Positions 1-7,933 of a DNA stretch of 64,000 bases are shown here, one piece after another. The stretch covers positions 7,935-71,934 of the forward strand of contig CAZWEO010000002.1 in NCBI GenBank assembly GCA_964633115.1, in the 5' to 3' direction. A program made the position numbers and the translations under genes. Under the pieces are notes generated by a model. It saw only the letters and a program-made list of their open reading frames with translations, made no database searches and had not been told where the DNA came from. Numbering within the stretch: position 1 is the stretch's first letter; the number at the start of each line of letters is the position of its first letter. The stretch is from an uncultured Desulfobacterales bacterium (GTDB lineage Bacteria > Desulfobacterota > Desulfobacteria > Desulfobacterales > B30-G6).

Positions 1-813
1 CATAAAATAATGCGGTGCTGTTTCGGCAGTGACACGGATACCACGATTTTTGGCTCGCCGAATGGCGGAAACAGATTCAGCTGTGCTCACATGGGCAATA
101 TGTAATCTTGCCCCCGTCATTTCAGACAAGGCAATATCGCGCGTAACCATGACGCTTTCAGCCGTATTGGGGATGCCGGGTATACCCAGTTCGTCCGCAA
201 TTCGGCCTGCGTTCATGGCACCGCCGGCAGCTAATTCGAGATCTTCGGCATGCGAAACGATGGGTAGATCCAGAGATTTGGCCTTTTCTAGTGCCGCTTG
301 CATCAAGCGCTTACTCATAACCGGCATGCCATCATCCGAGAGTGCGACGGCCCCCGCCTTTTTGAGTGCGTTAAAATCGGTTAGCGCTTTCCCACGTAAC
401 CCATGACTTATAGCAGCACAGGGATAAACCGAGATACAGCCATGATTACGGGCCTTGGTTTGAATCCAGGCGGTTATATCAGCAGTATCGGTGACCGGAT
501 CCGTATTCGGCATACTGCAAACCGCTACAAAACCACCATGGGCCGCAGCACGCCCACCGGTCTCAATGGTCTCTTTATGAGACTGCCCGGGTTCACGCAA
601 GTGAACATGCATATCGATCAAGCCGGGTGTAACGATCTTGTCCGTTAGATCTATGGTTTGGATATCGCTGGGAAGGCTGCCGCTACTCCGATCCGTATCT
701 TTTTGTGGGTTTGGGATCAGTTTATCAATACGCCCCTGGCGGATGAGTACATCCACATGTCCGTCCACACGACCAGGATCGATAACGTGTCCATTTTTTA
801 GTAGTAAGTCCAT
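1..813 (-). CDS. pyrC: dihydroorotase (N-terminal 271 aa; C-terminus runs off the window)
   Basis: Absent from the ORF track because it is open at position 1. Reverse translation from the ATG at 813-811 gives MDLLLKNGHVIDPGRVDGHVDVLIRQGRIDKL...LIDMHVHLREPGQSHKETIETGGRAAAHGGF...TAETAPHYF, showing the HxH metal motif and amidohydrolase pattern. The + ORFs 29-406, 403-648 and 638-880 are antisense shadows. Confidence 0.85.
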   Translation of the reverse strand, partial: MDLLLKNGHVIDPGRVDGHVDVLIRQGRIDKLIPNPQKDTDRSSGSLPSDIQTIDLTDKIVTPGLIDMHVHLREPGQSHKETIETGGRAAAHGGFVAVCSMPNTDPVTDTADITAWIQTKARNHGCISVYPCAAISHGLRGKALTDFNALKKAGAVALSDDGMPVMSKRLMQAALEKAKSLDLPIVSHAEDLELAAGGAMNAGRIADELGIPGIPNTAESVMVTRDIALSEMTGARLHIAHVSTAESVSAIRRAKNRGIRVTAETAPHYFM

Positions 814-887
814 AAATATAATCGTTTCAAGTTATTATGGGTATCAAGTACGGCGCAGCCGTCTAAAAATAAAATTGTGAAACAATT

Positions 888-1565
888 TTATTTTAATATA
901 TCGAATATTCTACCCCAGCGGACGTAATTTAAAATGGTTTTGGAATTATTTTTGTTCCAAGACCAATAGATCATGAAAGCTTTACCTTTTACAGCAGGCA
1001 GCTTGACAAAGCCCCAGAAGCGGCTGTCCTTGCTGCTGTCGCGGTTGTCACCCATAACAAATAGGGAGTCTGCTGGAACCTCCACAGGTCCAAAATTGTC
1101 CCTTTTATTGTAAACGCCTGGAATAATATGCGGATCGGTGTGAATAGCAAAGGGTCTGGATATCAATTCGTCATTGACGTATAGTTTCTTGTTTCGAATT
1201 TCAACCACATCACCCTGTACAGCCACCACCCGTTTAATAAAATCCAACTTTGGGTTCTCTGGATAGCGGAAAACGATAATGTCTTCTTTTTTTGGATCCT
1301 TGATGGGTAAAATCACTTTATTTAAATATGGAAGTTTGACGCCATAGATAAATTTATTCACAAGGATGTGGTCTCCGATTTGCAAAGTTTCCTTCATGGA
1401 ACCAGAAGGGATTTTAAAGGCCTGCACCACGAATGTGCGAATAAAAAGGGCCAGTAAAATGGCGATAACGATTGCTTCTATGTTTTCGCGTAGGCCACTT
1501 TTTTTTGAGGTCGTCTCAGGAGTTGTCTGTGGATCAGATGGCTTTGTCAATGTTTCTTCTTTCAT
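888..1565 (-). CDS. lepB: signal peptidase I
   Basis: 225 aa with an N-terminal TM segment. Motifs IPSGSMKETL (catalytic Ser box) and GDNRDSSKDSRFWGFV (box E) are present. Confidence 0.9.
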   Translation of the reverse strand: MKEETLTKPSDPQTTPETTSKKSGLRENIEAIVIAILLALFIRTFVVQAFKIPSGSMKETLQIGDHILVNKFIYGVKLPYLNKVILPIKDPKKEDIIVFRYPENPKLDFIKRVVAVQGDVVEIRNKKLYVNDELISRPFAIHTDPHIIPGVYNKRDNFGPVEVPADSLFVMGDNRDSSKDSRFWGFVKLPAVKGKAFMIYWSWNKNNSKTILNYVRWGRIFDILK

Positions 1566-2029
1566 TATATTTCAACTATATATGATATAATCCTTAAAGT
1601 AATATTTACCATGATACCGGCGGCTACATCGTCCATTATAATTCCGGTCCCACCCGCTAAGCGGCGTTCGAGTGTACCAATAGGAACTGGTTTGGCAATA
1701 TCGAGTACGCGGAATAAAACAAAACCCAAGGCCACATTCACAAATGTGAAAGGAAGGCCGATTAGGGCGACAGTCAGCCCACATATTTCATCGATGACAA
1801 TAACGCCAGGATCTTTCTGCTGCAACATCTTTTCAGCTTGACCAGCAATCCAAATACAAGCTGCCATAAGTCCAACTAGTATGACCAATGCTACAGACAG
1901 CGGCAGTTGCGCAATCAGCCAGCAAATGGGCAATCCGGCCAGGCTTCCAAAGGTCCCTGGCGCGAAGGGCATGTATCCCAGACCACAACCACTCGAAAGA
2001 AACAGTATCGCGTTCTTTCGTATTGTCAT
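1565..2029 (-). CDS. pgpA: phosphatidylglycerophosphatase A
   Basis: 154 aa membrane protein. GLGYMPFAPGTFGSL and VIDEICG motifs are typical of PgpA. The stop overlaps the lepB start by 1 nt. Confidence 0.85.
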   Translation of the reverse strand: MTIRKNAILFLSSGCGLGYMPFAPGTFGSLAGLPICWLIAQLPLSVALVILVGLMAACIWIAGQAEKMLQQKDPGVIVIDEICGLTVALIGLPFTFVNVALGFVLFRVLDIAKPVPIGTLERRLAGGTGIIMDDVAAGIMVNITLRIISYIVEI

Positions 2030-2050
2030 GGCACGTCTCTATAGTCTGGG

Positions 2051-3253
2051 CTAGGTTTTGTCAAGAATCGGTTTGGTGTTTTGGGCTTGGACAACGGCCG
2101 CTTGATGGATGCGCTGATACACGTCTCGGATGGAAATTTTTTCCTTTTGGGCAATTATTTTACAGGATTCGTATTCTGGTGTTAGGCGGATATTGCCATC
2201 CAAATCAGTTATCTGCTTCATTTTAATTTCACCAAATTCGGTTGGAACACTGATAATCTCACGCTGAAGGCACAGACGATGAAGGGTTTGATAACGAATA
2301 CCGGTGGAGGTAGTTTCAGATAAAATGCGGTTGATGATGATCTGTTTGGAAGCCGGCCTGCACAAGACTTGAATCAAGGTTCCGGGTCGGTTCTTTTTCA
2401 TGAAGACTGGAATCCAATAGACATCCAAGGCACCATCTTTAAAAAGAGTTTCCATCAAATAACCGAATATTTCCGGGTTCATGTCATCAACACATGTTTC
2501 GATCATGACCACATCTTCCGACTGTGATTGTATTTCCTGAATGCGTCCCAGGACAATCCGCAGAAGATTGGGCCGTTCCTTGAGTTGTCGTGATCCAGCA
2601 CCATAACCGATTTTTTCGACCGTCATACGGGGCAAATCGCCAAAATCGTTGGCAAGCGTCTTGATAATGGCAGCGCCCGTGGGCGTTATCATCTCGGCAG
2701 CAATACCACAGCCATATACCGGGACATCGGTAAGTATTGCCAGAGTAGCTGGGGCCGGTACTGGCAACGTACCGTGCTGGCTGGTGATGGTGCCCTTGCC
2801 CAAAGGCAGGTTGGATGAGAAAATTCGTTTGATATTCAGGTATTCTAAGCATAAGGCTGTGCCGATAATATCCACCAACGAATCCGTAGCACCGACTTCA
2901 TGAAAATGAACGGATTTTTTTGGTACACCATGAATCTGAGCTTCGGCATCAGCTATAAGGTCAAAAATTGATAGACTGGTCTCTTTTACACGCTGGGATA
3001 AACGGCTATCTGAGATTAGCTTTTTGATGTCGGCAAAATTTCGGTGGGCCACTTGCTGTTGCAGGTCAACATTAAATTTCTGGGCTTGGATACCATGGTG
3101 TGTTATGCCCGTGACAGAAAGTGAATATCCATCGATTGGGATAGCCCCAAGTTGCTTCTTAAGCCAATCCAGAGGGACTCCCAAATCCAATAAGGCGCCC
3201 AGGGTCATGTCACCGCTGATACCTGAAAAACAATCAAAATAAGCGTCAGTCAT
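2051..3253 (-). CDS. larC: LarC-family nickel insertion protein (DUF111)
   Basis: 400 aa. The N-terminus MTDAYFDCFSGISGDMTLGALLDLGVP is the signature of the LarC/UPF0272 family. The start overlaps the upstream stop (ATGA). Confidence 0.85.
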   Translation of the reverse strand: MTDAYFDCFSGISGDMTLGALLDLGVPLDWLKKQLGAIPIDGYSLSVTGITHHGIQAQKFNVDLQQQVAHRNFADIKKLISDSRLSQRVKETSLSIFDLIADAEAQIHGVPKKSVHFHEVGATDSLVDIIGTALCLEYLNIKRIFSSNLPLGKGTITSQHGTLPVPAPATLAILTDVPVYGCGIAAEMITPTGAAIIKTLANDFGDLPRMTVEKIGYGAGSRQLKERPNLLRIVLGRIQEIQSQSEDVVMIETCVDDMNPEIFGYLMETLFKDGALDVYWIPVFMKKNRPGTLIQVLCRPASKQIIINRILSETTSTGIRYQTLHRLCLQREIISVPTEFGEIKMKQITDLDGNIRLTPEYESCKIIAQKEKISIRDVYQRIHQAAVVQAQNTKPILDKT

Positions 3254-4395
3254 GCACTCTCCCCTTCCGCATGCAACCGGATAATTTCAAGCAGCAATTC
3301 GGTGGTGGCAATCATATCGTCCAACTTTACAGATTCTTGCAGTGTATGCATATCGGTCATGCCGGTACCCAACACGCCCAGAGAAATGCCATGCTGTGAA
3401 AAAACATTGGCATCGGCGCCCCCGCCAGTGGCTTTGCAAATCATATTGCGGTTTAGGTTTGCGGCGGCCTTGCTGGCCAAGACCACAACCGGGTGATCTT
3501 CGGGGATATGGGTGCGCGAAAATTCTTTTTCAACGCTGTAATTAAGTTTCGGAAGGCTGTCCGAATTGCCAGTTTGCTGGCCTGCAGCAACGGCCTTTTG
3601 AAATGAATCGAACATGGCCTGGGTTACCTGCGCAAGCTTATCCTCATCATGGCTCCTGGCTTCGCCTTCCACATCCACTCGGTCGGGTACGATGTTGATG
3701 GCCCGCCCACCGTTGATGAGGCCAATATTGCAGGTGGTTTCGCGGTCAATGCGCCCCAGATGCATATTAGCTATGGCCTTACTGGCGATTTGAACGGCAT
3801 TAATCCCGTTTTCAGGCTTGGCGCCGGAATGGGCGGCTTTGCCGTGAACCGTAAATTTCAGGTGATTGGCTGAGGGCGCCCGGGTGATCACGCCTTGCGT
3901 ATCGGTGGCATCCAAGGCAAACCCATATTGGGCTGAAATTAAATCGAAATTGAGATTTTTAGCACCTAATAGACCCACTTCCTCACACACCGTAAAAACC
4001 ACTTCCAGGGGGCCGTGATTAATCTGATTTTCATTTAAAACTCGGAGCGCTTCCAGGATAATTGCCAGGGCACTTTTGTCGTCGGCTCCCAAGATGGTAT
4101 CGCCTTTGCTTTTAAAAACACCATTTTCTAAATCTGGTTCTATCCCCCTGCCCGGCTCAACTGTATCCATGTGGGCATTCAGCATGATGGGGGCGACCGC
4201 GGTCCCTTTGAATTTGGCTATGATATTACCACTCTGGCCGCCGATCTTTTCAGCGGCGTCATCGCGGATGACCTCGGCCCCCAGATCTGAAAGCATGTCA
4301 TAAAGGGTTTGTGCGATTTTGCCTTCCTCCTTGGATACAGAGTCAATTTGAACCAGTTGCATGAAGGTTTCGGCCAGCCTGTCTTTATTTATCAT
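3250..4395 (-). CDS. M20-family metallopeptidase (peptidase T-like)
   Basis: LNAHMDTVEPG, GADDKSALA and CEEVGLLGA motifs match M20 metal ligands. I prefer the ATG at 4395 (MINKDRL), preceded by GGAGAG, over the ORF-track start at 4422. Confidence 0.8.
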   Translation of the reverse strand: MINKDRLAETFMQLVQIDSVSKEEGKIAQTLYDMLSDLGAEVIRDDAAEKIGGQSGNIIAKFKGTAVAPIMLNAHMDTVEPGRGIEPDLENGVFKSKGDTILGADDKSALAIILEALRVLNENQINHGPLEVVFTVCEEVGLLGAKNLNFDLISAQYGFALDATDTQGVITRAPSANHLKFTVHGKAAHSGAKPENGINAVQIASKAIANMHLGRIDRETTCNIGLINGGRAINIVPDRVDVEGEARSHDEDKLAQVTQAMFDSFQKAVAAGQQTGNSDSLPKLNYSVEKEFSRTHIPEDHPVVVLASKAAANLNRNMICKATGGGADANVFSQHGISLGVLGTGMTDMHTLQESVKLDDMIATTELLLEIIRLHAEGESA

Positions 4396-4552
4396 CGATT
4401 CTCTCCTCAAATCAGCGACCATTCAGTGCACAATGTCTATTCCAGTGCCAACCTCATACCGCCCGTTTTACTTGTGGTCGCTGATTTTAAGTTTAAGTTG
4501 ACAAAACCAAGATTGGCTATATATATGAACCACGTCCAATCAATCTATATAC

Positions 4553-4650
4553 GGAAGTGCGCAGCTTACTGGTGAGGCTCCCGGACTTCAAATCCGGTGT
4601 GGGGCGCTAAAACCGTCCCGGGTGGGTTCGATTCCCATGCACTTCCGCCA
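4553..4650 (+). tRNA. selC: tRNA-Sec (anticodon UCA)
   Basis: GGAAGTGC...GCACTTCC forms an 8-bp acceptor stem followed by G-CCA. Anticodon loop is CTTCAAA within CCGGA/TCCGG. A long variable arm (GTGTGGGGCGCTAAAACCGTCCCGGG) and a T-arm GGTTCGATTCC are present. Total about 98 nt. Confidence 0.9.
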
Positions 4651-4672
4651 GTACTTTTAAGATTTAGTCCTC

Positions 4673-4849
4673 CTAAAGCTTTGAATCCAACCATTTTGTA
4701 TATTGATCCATGGCTTTTGTCAAAGCGTTATCAGTGGGCGCAATGTAGTTAACATCCATGCCCTTTAGGCTGTGCCGGAGGATCGAATCACGGTAAATAT
4801 TATCGACCCTGGCCTTAATATACTGGTCTTTGCAGTTCTCCAGATATCT
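4673..4849 (-). pseudogene. possible decayed tyrosine-recombinase C-terminal remnant
   Basis: Start-less open frame RYLENCKDQYIKARVDNIYRDSILRHSLKGMDVNYIAPTDNALTKAMDQYTKWLDSKL*, ending 22 nt from the tRNA-Sec 3' end. The RHS..GM..NY...A...M pattern resembles the GHS..EM..RY...A..MM tail of the integrase fragment at 53234-53593. Confidence 0.3.
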
Positions 4850-4947
4850 TTACTTGAAAATTCCAATTGTATGCTGACAGCATTACCATTACACGACCCT
4901 CTTTTTTCCGAGTTCTGCGCTTTCATTCCACAACCAGACCGGGGGCG

Positions 4948-4975
4948 TTGACCTGTATGCTGGTTTCTGTATAAT
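4948..4975 (+). promoter_or_regulatory. sigma70-like promoter TTGACC-N16-TATAAT
   Basis: TTGACC at 4948-4953 and TATAAT at 4970-4975, 16-nt spacer, about 35 nt upstream of the B2-like ORF. Confidence 0.4.
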
Positions 4976-5010
4976 GTTGTCGCAACTCAATCGTGGAGCA
5001 ATTTTATTTT

Positions 5011-5520
5011 ATGTGGCGTGTTCCCTTAACAGTTCATATACTTTGGTTGTTAATGCGTTCGCTATGGATCCGCTTATCCAAGGCCAAATCCGGCATTAAT
5101 CTTCCAGCGGTTGCCACCCCGCCAACCACTTCACCACAAAATGCTGATGACGTGGTACACTGGTTTGACACCCTGGCCAGTGCTGCCATGTGGTTTAACC
5201 GACACCTTTGTTTTTATCGGAGCTTTGTTTTAGCAAGCATACTTCGTAAACGGGGTCTCCCCCTGGTCATAAATGTGGGCGGGCGTGGTTTGGGCTTAAA
5301 TGAGGTTAGAAAAGCGCATTGCTGGTTGACACTGGAAGATCAGCTGTTTCACGAGAAAGAAAATGCGCTTGAATTATATCCATTGGAAATGGGATATAAT
5401 CAAAACCAATCTATCCGCTATTGGATCGGTCCAGAATTGCAGGAGAGTGTCCTAAACGGTAGCCGTGTGACTAGAAACAGGTCGATCAAGCCCCTATTCC
5501 GACGTACTAAAGGTCTTTAA
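5011..5520 (+). CDS. lasso-peptide-B2-like transglutaminase-fold cysteine protease (orphan)
   Basis: RHLCFYRSFVLASILRKRGLPLVINVGG...KAHCWLTLEDQLF matches the Cys...His-x-Asp layout of McjB-C/Transglut_core3 proteins. The ORF track starts at GTG 4993; the ATG at 5011 is equally possible. Confidence 0.6.
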   Translation: MWRVPLTVHILWLLMRSLWIRLSKAKSGINLPAVATPPTTSPQNADDVVHWFDTLASAAMWFNRHLCFYRSFVLASILRKRGLPLVINVGGRGLGLNEVRKAHCWLTLEDQLFHEKENALELYPLEMGYNQNQSIRYWIGPELQESVLNGSRVTRNRSIKPLFRRTKGL

Positions 5521-7000
5521 ACTGGATTTCAACCCATTGTTTATTGCGGGTAGGTTCAGAGGAAGACGTGTCAGCATCCGAATTGATGAGCCACATTCCC
5601 ACGGCTTCAATACGTTGGGGCGCCATTCCTTTGCCAACTAAATACCCCTTTACAATATTGGCCGTGAATTCTGACATTTTTTTATTGTAACGGCGGCTGC
5701 CTTGACTCTCGGAATAGCCATTGATAGAAATTTGTAAGTCTGGATGTTTATTGAGCAAAACACTTAGATTATCGAGCGTTTCGACTCCCTCCTCACCGAT
5801 CTCACTATTGGCATCAAAATCAATTCGAATAACAACGTGTTTGTCAGGAATCTGAAGTTTATCCGAATCCATACTCGATTGAGAGGATGCGGTTTTAGGC
5901 GCTTCGGCGACAAAAGGTTCGGGTTGTGACGTTGTCACGGAAACAATTTCACTTGCATCAGCTGAATCAGGTTTAGAGAGCATTGATTCGTCTTGGGGCG
6001 TTATCGATGGACTTGATACGGTTTTACCCAAGGGCGTGTAATAATAAAGTGCGATGGCAATCCAGGCTATGATTAATACCGCCAGAATCACATAAAGCAA
6101 TTTCTCAACAAAAGCTCCTTTGTTAGGCCCAGCCGATGCTTGAATATTCTTATCTTGTTTGGGTGCAGTTTTTTTCTTTTTGGGACGGCTTTTTTGGTTT
6201 TGCAGTTTAAGCTCTCGGGCGCACTCTTTTAAGATGGCGGGTCCGATTTTTTTACTTTCTTGGGTAAAACCTGTCACCAGGGCACGGTCACAAATAACAT
6301 TGACGAGTCTTGGGTAACCATTTGAAAACCGAAAGATTTCACGGATGGCGGCCGCATTAAATATAGGTTTGCTGGCTCCGGCAATTTTAAGGCGATGGTG
6401 AACATATTGCCCGGTTTCTTTGGCTGTTAAAGGGTGCAAGTCATAGTTAACGGAAATACGTTGGCGCAAGGCGCTATTCTTGGGCTCAAGGATAATACTA
6501 TTAAATTCAATCTGACCCACAAAAAAAATATTGATCAGCTTGCTGGATTGTTTTTCGATATTGGAAAGTAGTCGGATTTCTTCTAATAATTCCTGACTGA
6601 GTCGCTGGGATTCATCAATGATCAAAAGGACTTTTTTATGCTCGCCATGGGCCTGGTTCAAGAAGCCCGTAAAGCGTTGGATGAAATCACCTTTACTGCT
6701 GAAAGACTCGCCGATTTGAAAGGAGTGGCCCAGGAAGGTGAAAAAATCAGTTTTATCAATTCCAGGATCGAGTAAGGTTGTGGCAATGATGTTCTCACCC
6801 AGTGTATTGACAAGGGCATTGATGAGGGTTGTCTTGCCGGTACCCACATCCCCGGCCAGCAGCAAAAATCCTTTGTTATCCATAAGACCGTATCGAAAAA
6901 CTGCCAAGGCCTCTTTGTGTTTTTCACCCAGCCAAAGGAATTTAGGATCCGTGCTGATTTGAAATGGTTTGCGCTCAAGTTGATAAAATGAAAGATACAT
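5507..7000 (-). CDS. ExeA/MshM-type AAA ATPase (XrtA-associated-ATPase-like) with a TM segment and a C-terminal OmpA-like domain
   Basis: The N-terminus MYLSFYQLERKPFQISTDPKFLWLGEKHKEAL...LLAGDVGTGKTT (Walker A), LLIIDESQ (Walker B) and YPRLVNVICDRAL are typical of ExeA/GspA. A TM segment (LLYVILAVLIIAWIAIALYYY) and an S/P-rich linker follow. The C-terminus INGYSESQGSRRYNKKMSEFTANIVKGYL...WVEIQF is OmpA-like. Confidence 0.8.
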   Translation of the reverse strand: MYLSFYQLERKPFQISTDPKFLWLGEKHKEALAVFRYGLMDNKGFLLLAGDVGTGKTTLINALVNTLGENIIATTLLDPGIDKTDFFTFLGHSFQIGESFSSKGDFIQRFTGFLNQAHGEHKKVLLIIDESQRLSQELLEEIRLLSNIEKQSSKLINIFFVGQIEFNSIILEPKNSALRQRISVNYDLHPLTAKETGQYVHHRLKIAGASKPIFNAAAIREIFRFSNGYPRLVNVICDRALVTGFTQESKKIGPAILKECARELKLQNQKSRPKKKKTAPKQDKNIQASAGPNKGAFVEKLLYVILAVLIIAWIAIALYYYTPLGKTVSSPSITPQDESMLSKPDSADASEIVSVTTSQPEPFVAEAPKTASSQSSMDSDKLQIPDKHVVIRIDFDANSEIGEEGVETLDNLSVLLNKHPDLQISINGYSESQGSRRYNKKMSEFTANIVKGYLVGKGMAPQRIEAVGMWLINSDADTSSSEPTRNKQWVEIQFKDL

Positions 7001-7927
7001 TTATAATTGATCCAGAAATTTAAAGTCTTTTGTTTGGGTATGTTTGGTGCCGATGGCAACAACTTCTATTTTTTGGTCCTGGGTAGTTCGATAGTACAAG
7101 CGGCCTTTATATGCAAATAGAACTTCAAAAACAGTTTCTCGGTTTTTTTTACCAAATACTTTACGTTTTATGGGCACAAGTTTGGGATCGTCATGCAATT
7201 GCAATATAATTTCCTCGGCCTTTAATTGAAGATCTGTGGTTAATGACCCAAATCCTGTGACAGCGCGATCATTCACGATCAAAGATTTATACAAGGTTCG
7301 GAATCGTTTATGATAAGTTTCGGTGGCTTTTTGTTTTTGCTTATTTAGTTCCAGTAATTTTTCTTGGTGCTGGGCTTCAGTTGACTGCAGCCGATCAATC
7401 TCTACCTGGATCTGGTTATATTCGCTTTCGGCTTTACGTGAACTCTTTTGGTAGGAAAACCAAAAGAACAAGATAGATAGGAATATATAGAAAGAAAGGA
7501 TAATAAAGGAAAGGATCTGATGCAGAACCACCGCGACTTTGACCGTAACCACAAAACCTTGGTTTAGGGCAGCGTAGTTTTCTTTGGCCACCTGCAGCGG
7601 CATTTTTTGTGGTTCCGAAGTGTCGGAATGCCCAAAAGCCGCCGGATAAATAATGGAATTTGCGGGTGTTCGAACAGTCACAACAGCCTTAACACCCCAA
7701 CCCAACACTTTTTTGGACCAAAGGTAGCGGTCGATGTTGTGAGTGATGGATTCACTGATCGTGATACTGCCGTTAAGAAGTGCTGTGGTGTCACCAATGT
7801 AAATTTCTTCAATTTCATTGGTATAACGGCCCTGGAGTTGTTGCTCGATTATCTGAATCGAGGCAATAAACAGCACCGGTGGCGACATGATGCACAGTAT
7901 CAACGTTTTTAGGGGAAAATACTTCAT
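7001..7927 (-). CDS. 2-TM membrane protein with coiled coil and C-terminal RelE/ParE-like domain
   Basis: Signal/TM segment (LILCIMSPPVLFIASIQII), a domain of about 120 aa, a second TM (ILSFIILSFYIFLSILFFWF), then a K/Q/E-rich coiled coil. The tail reads ...KAEEIILQLHDDPKLVPIKRKVFGKKNRETVFEVLFAYKGRLYYRTTQDQKIEVVAIGTKHTQTKD, matching the RelE/ParE pattern (L..nP....K.L...,..R.rvgdYRiiY.....i.v..IG.R). The stop abuts the start of the downstream gene. Confidence 0.6.
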   Translation of the reverse strand: MKYFPLKTLILCIMSPPVLFIASIQIIEQQLQGRYTNEIEEIYIGDTTALLNGSITISESITHNIDRYLWSKKVLGWGVKAVVTVRTPANSIIYPAAFGHSDTSEPQKMPLQVAKENYAALNQGFVVTVKVAVVLHQILSFIILSFYIFLSILFFWFSYQKSSRKAESEYNQIQVEIDRLQSTEAQHQEKLLELNKQKQKATETYHKRFRTLYKSLIVNDRAVTGFGSLTTDLQLKAEEIILQLHDDPKLVPIKRKVFGKKNRETVFEVLFAYKGRLYYRTTQDQKIEVVAIGTKHTQTKDFKFLDQL

Positions 7928-7933
7928 GCATGT

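Noticed and set aside
4993-5520. Calling a lasso-peptide biosynthetic gene cluster.
   Set aside because: Only a B2-like protease is present. There is no cyclase (Asn-synthetase-like), B1/PqqD, transporter or precursor peptide.
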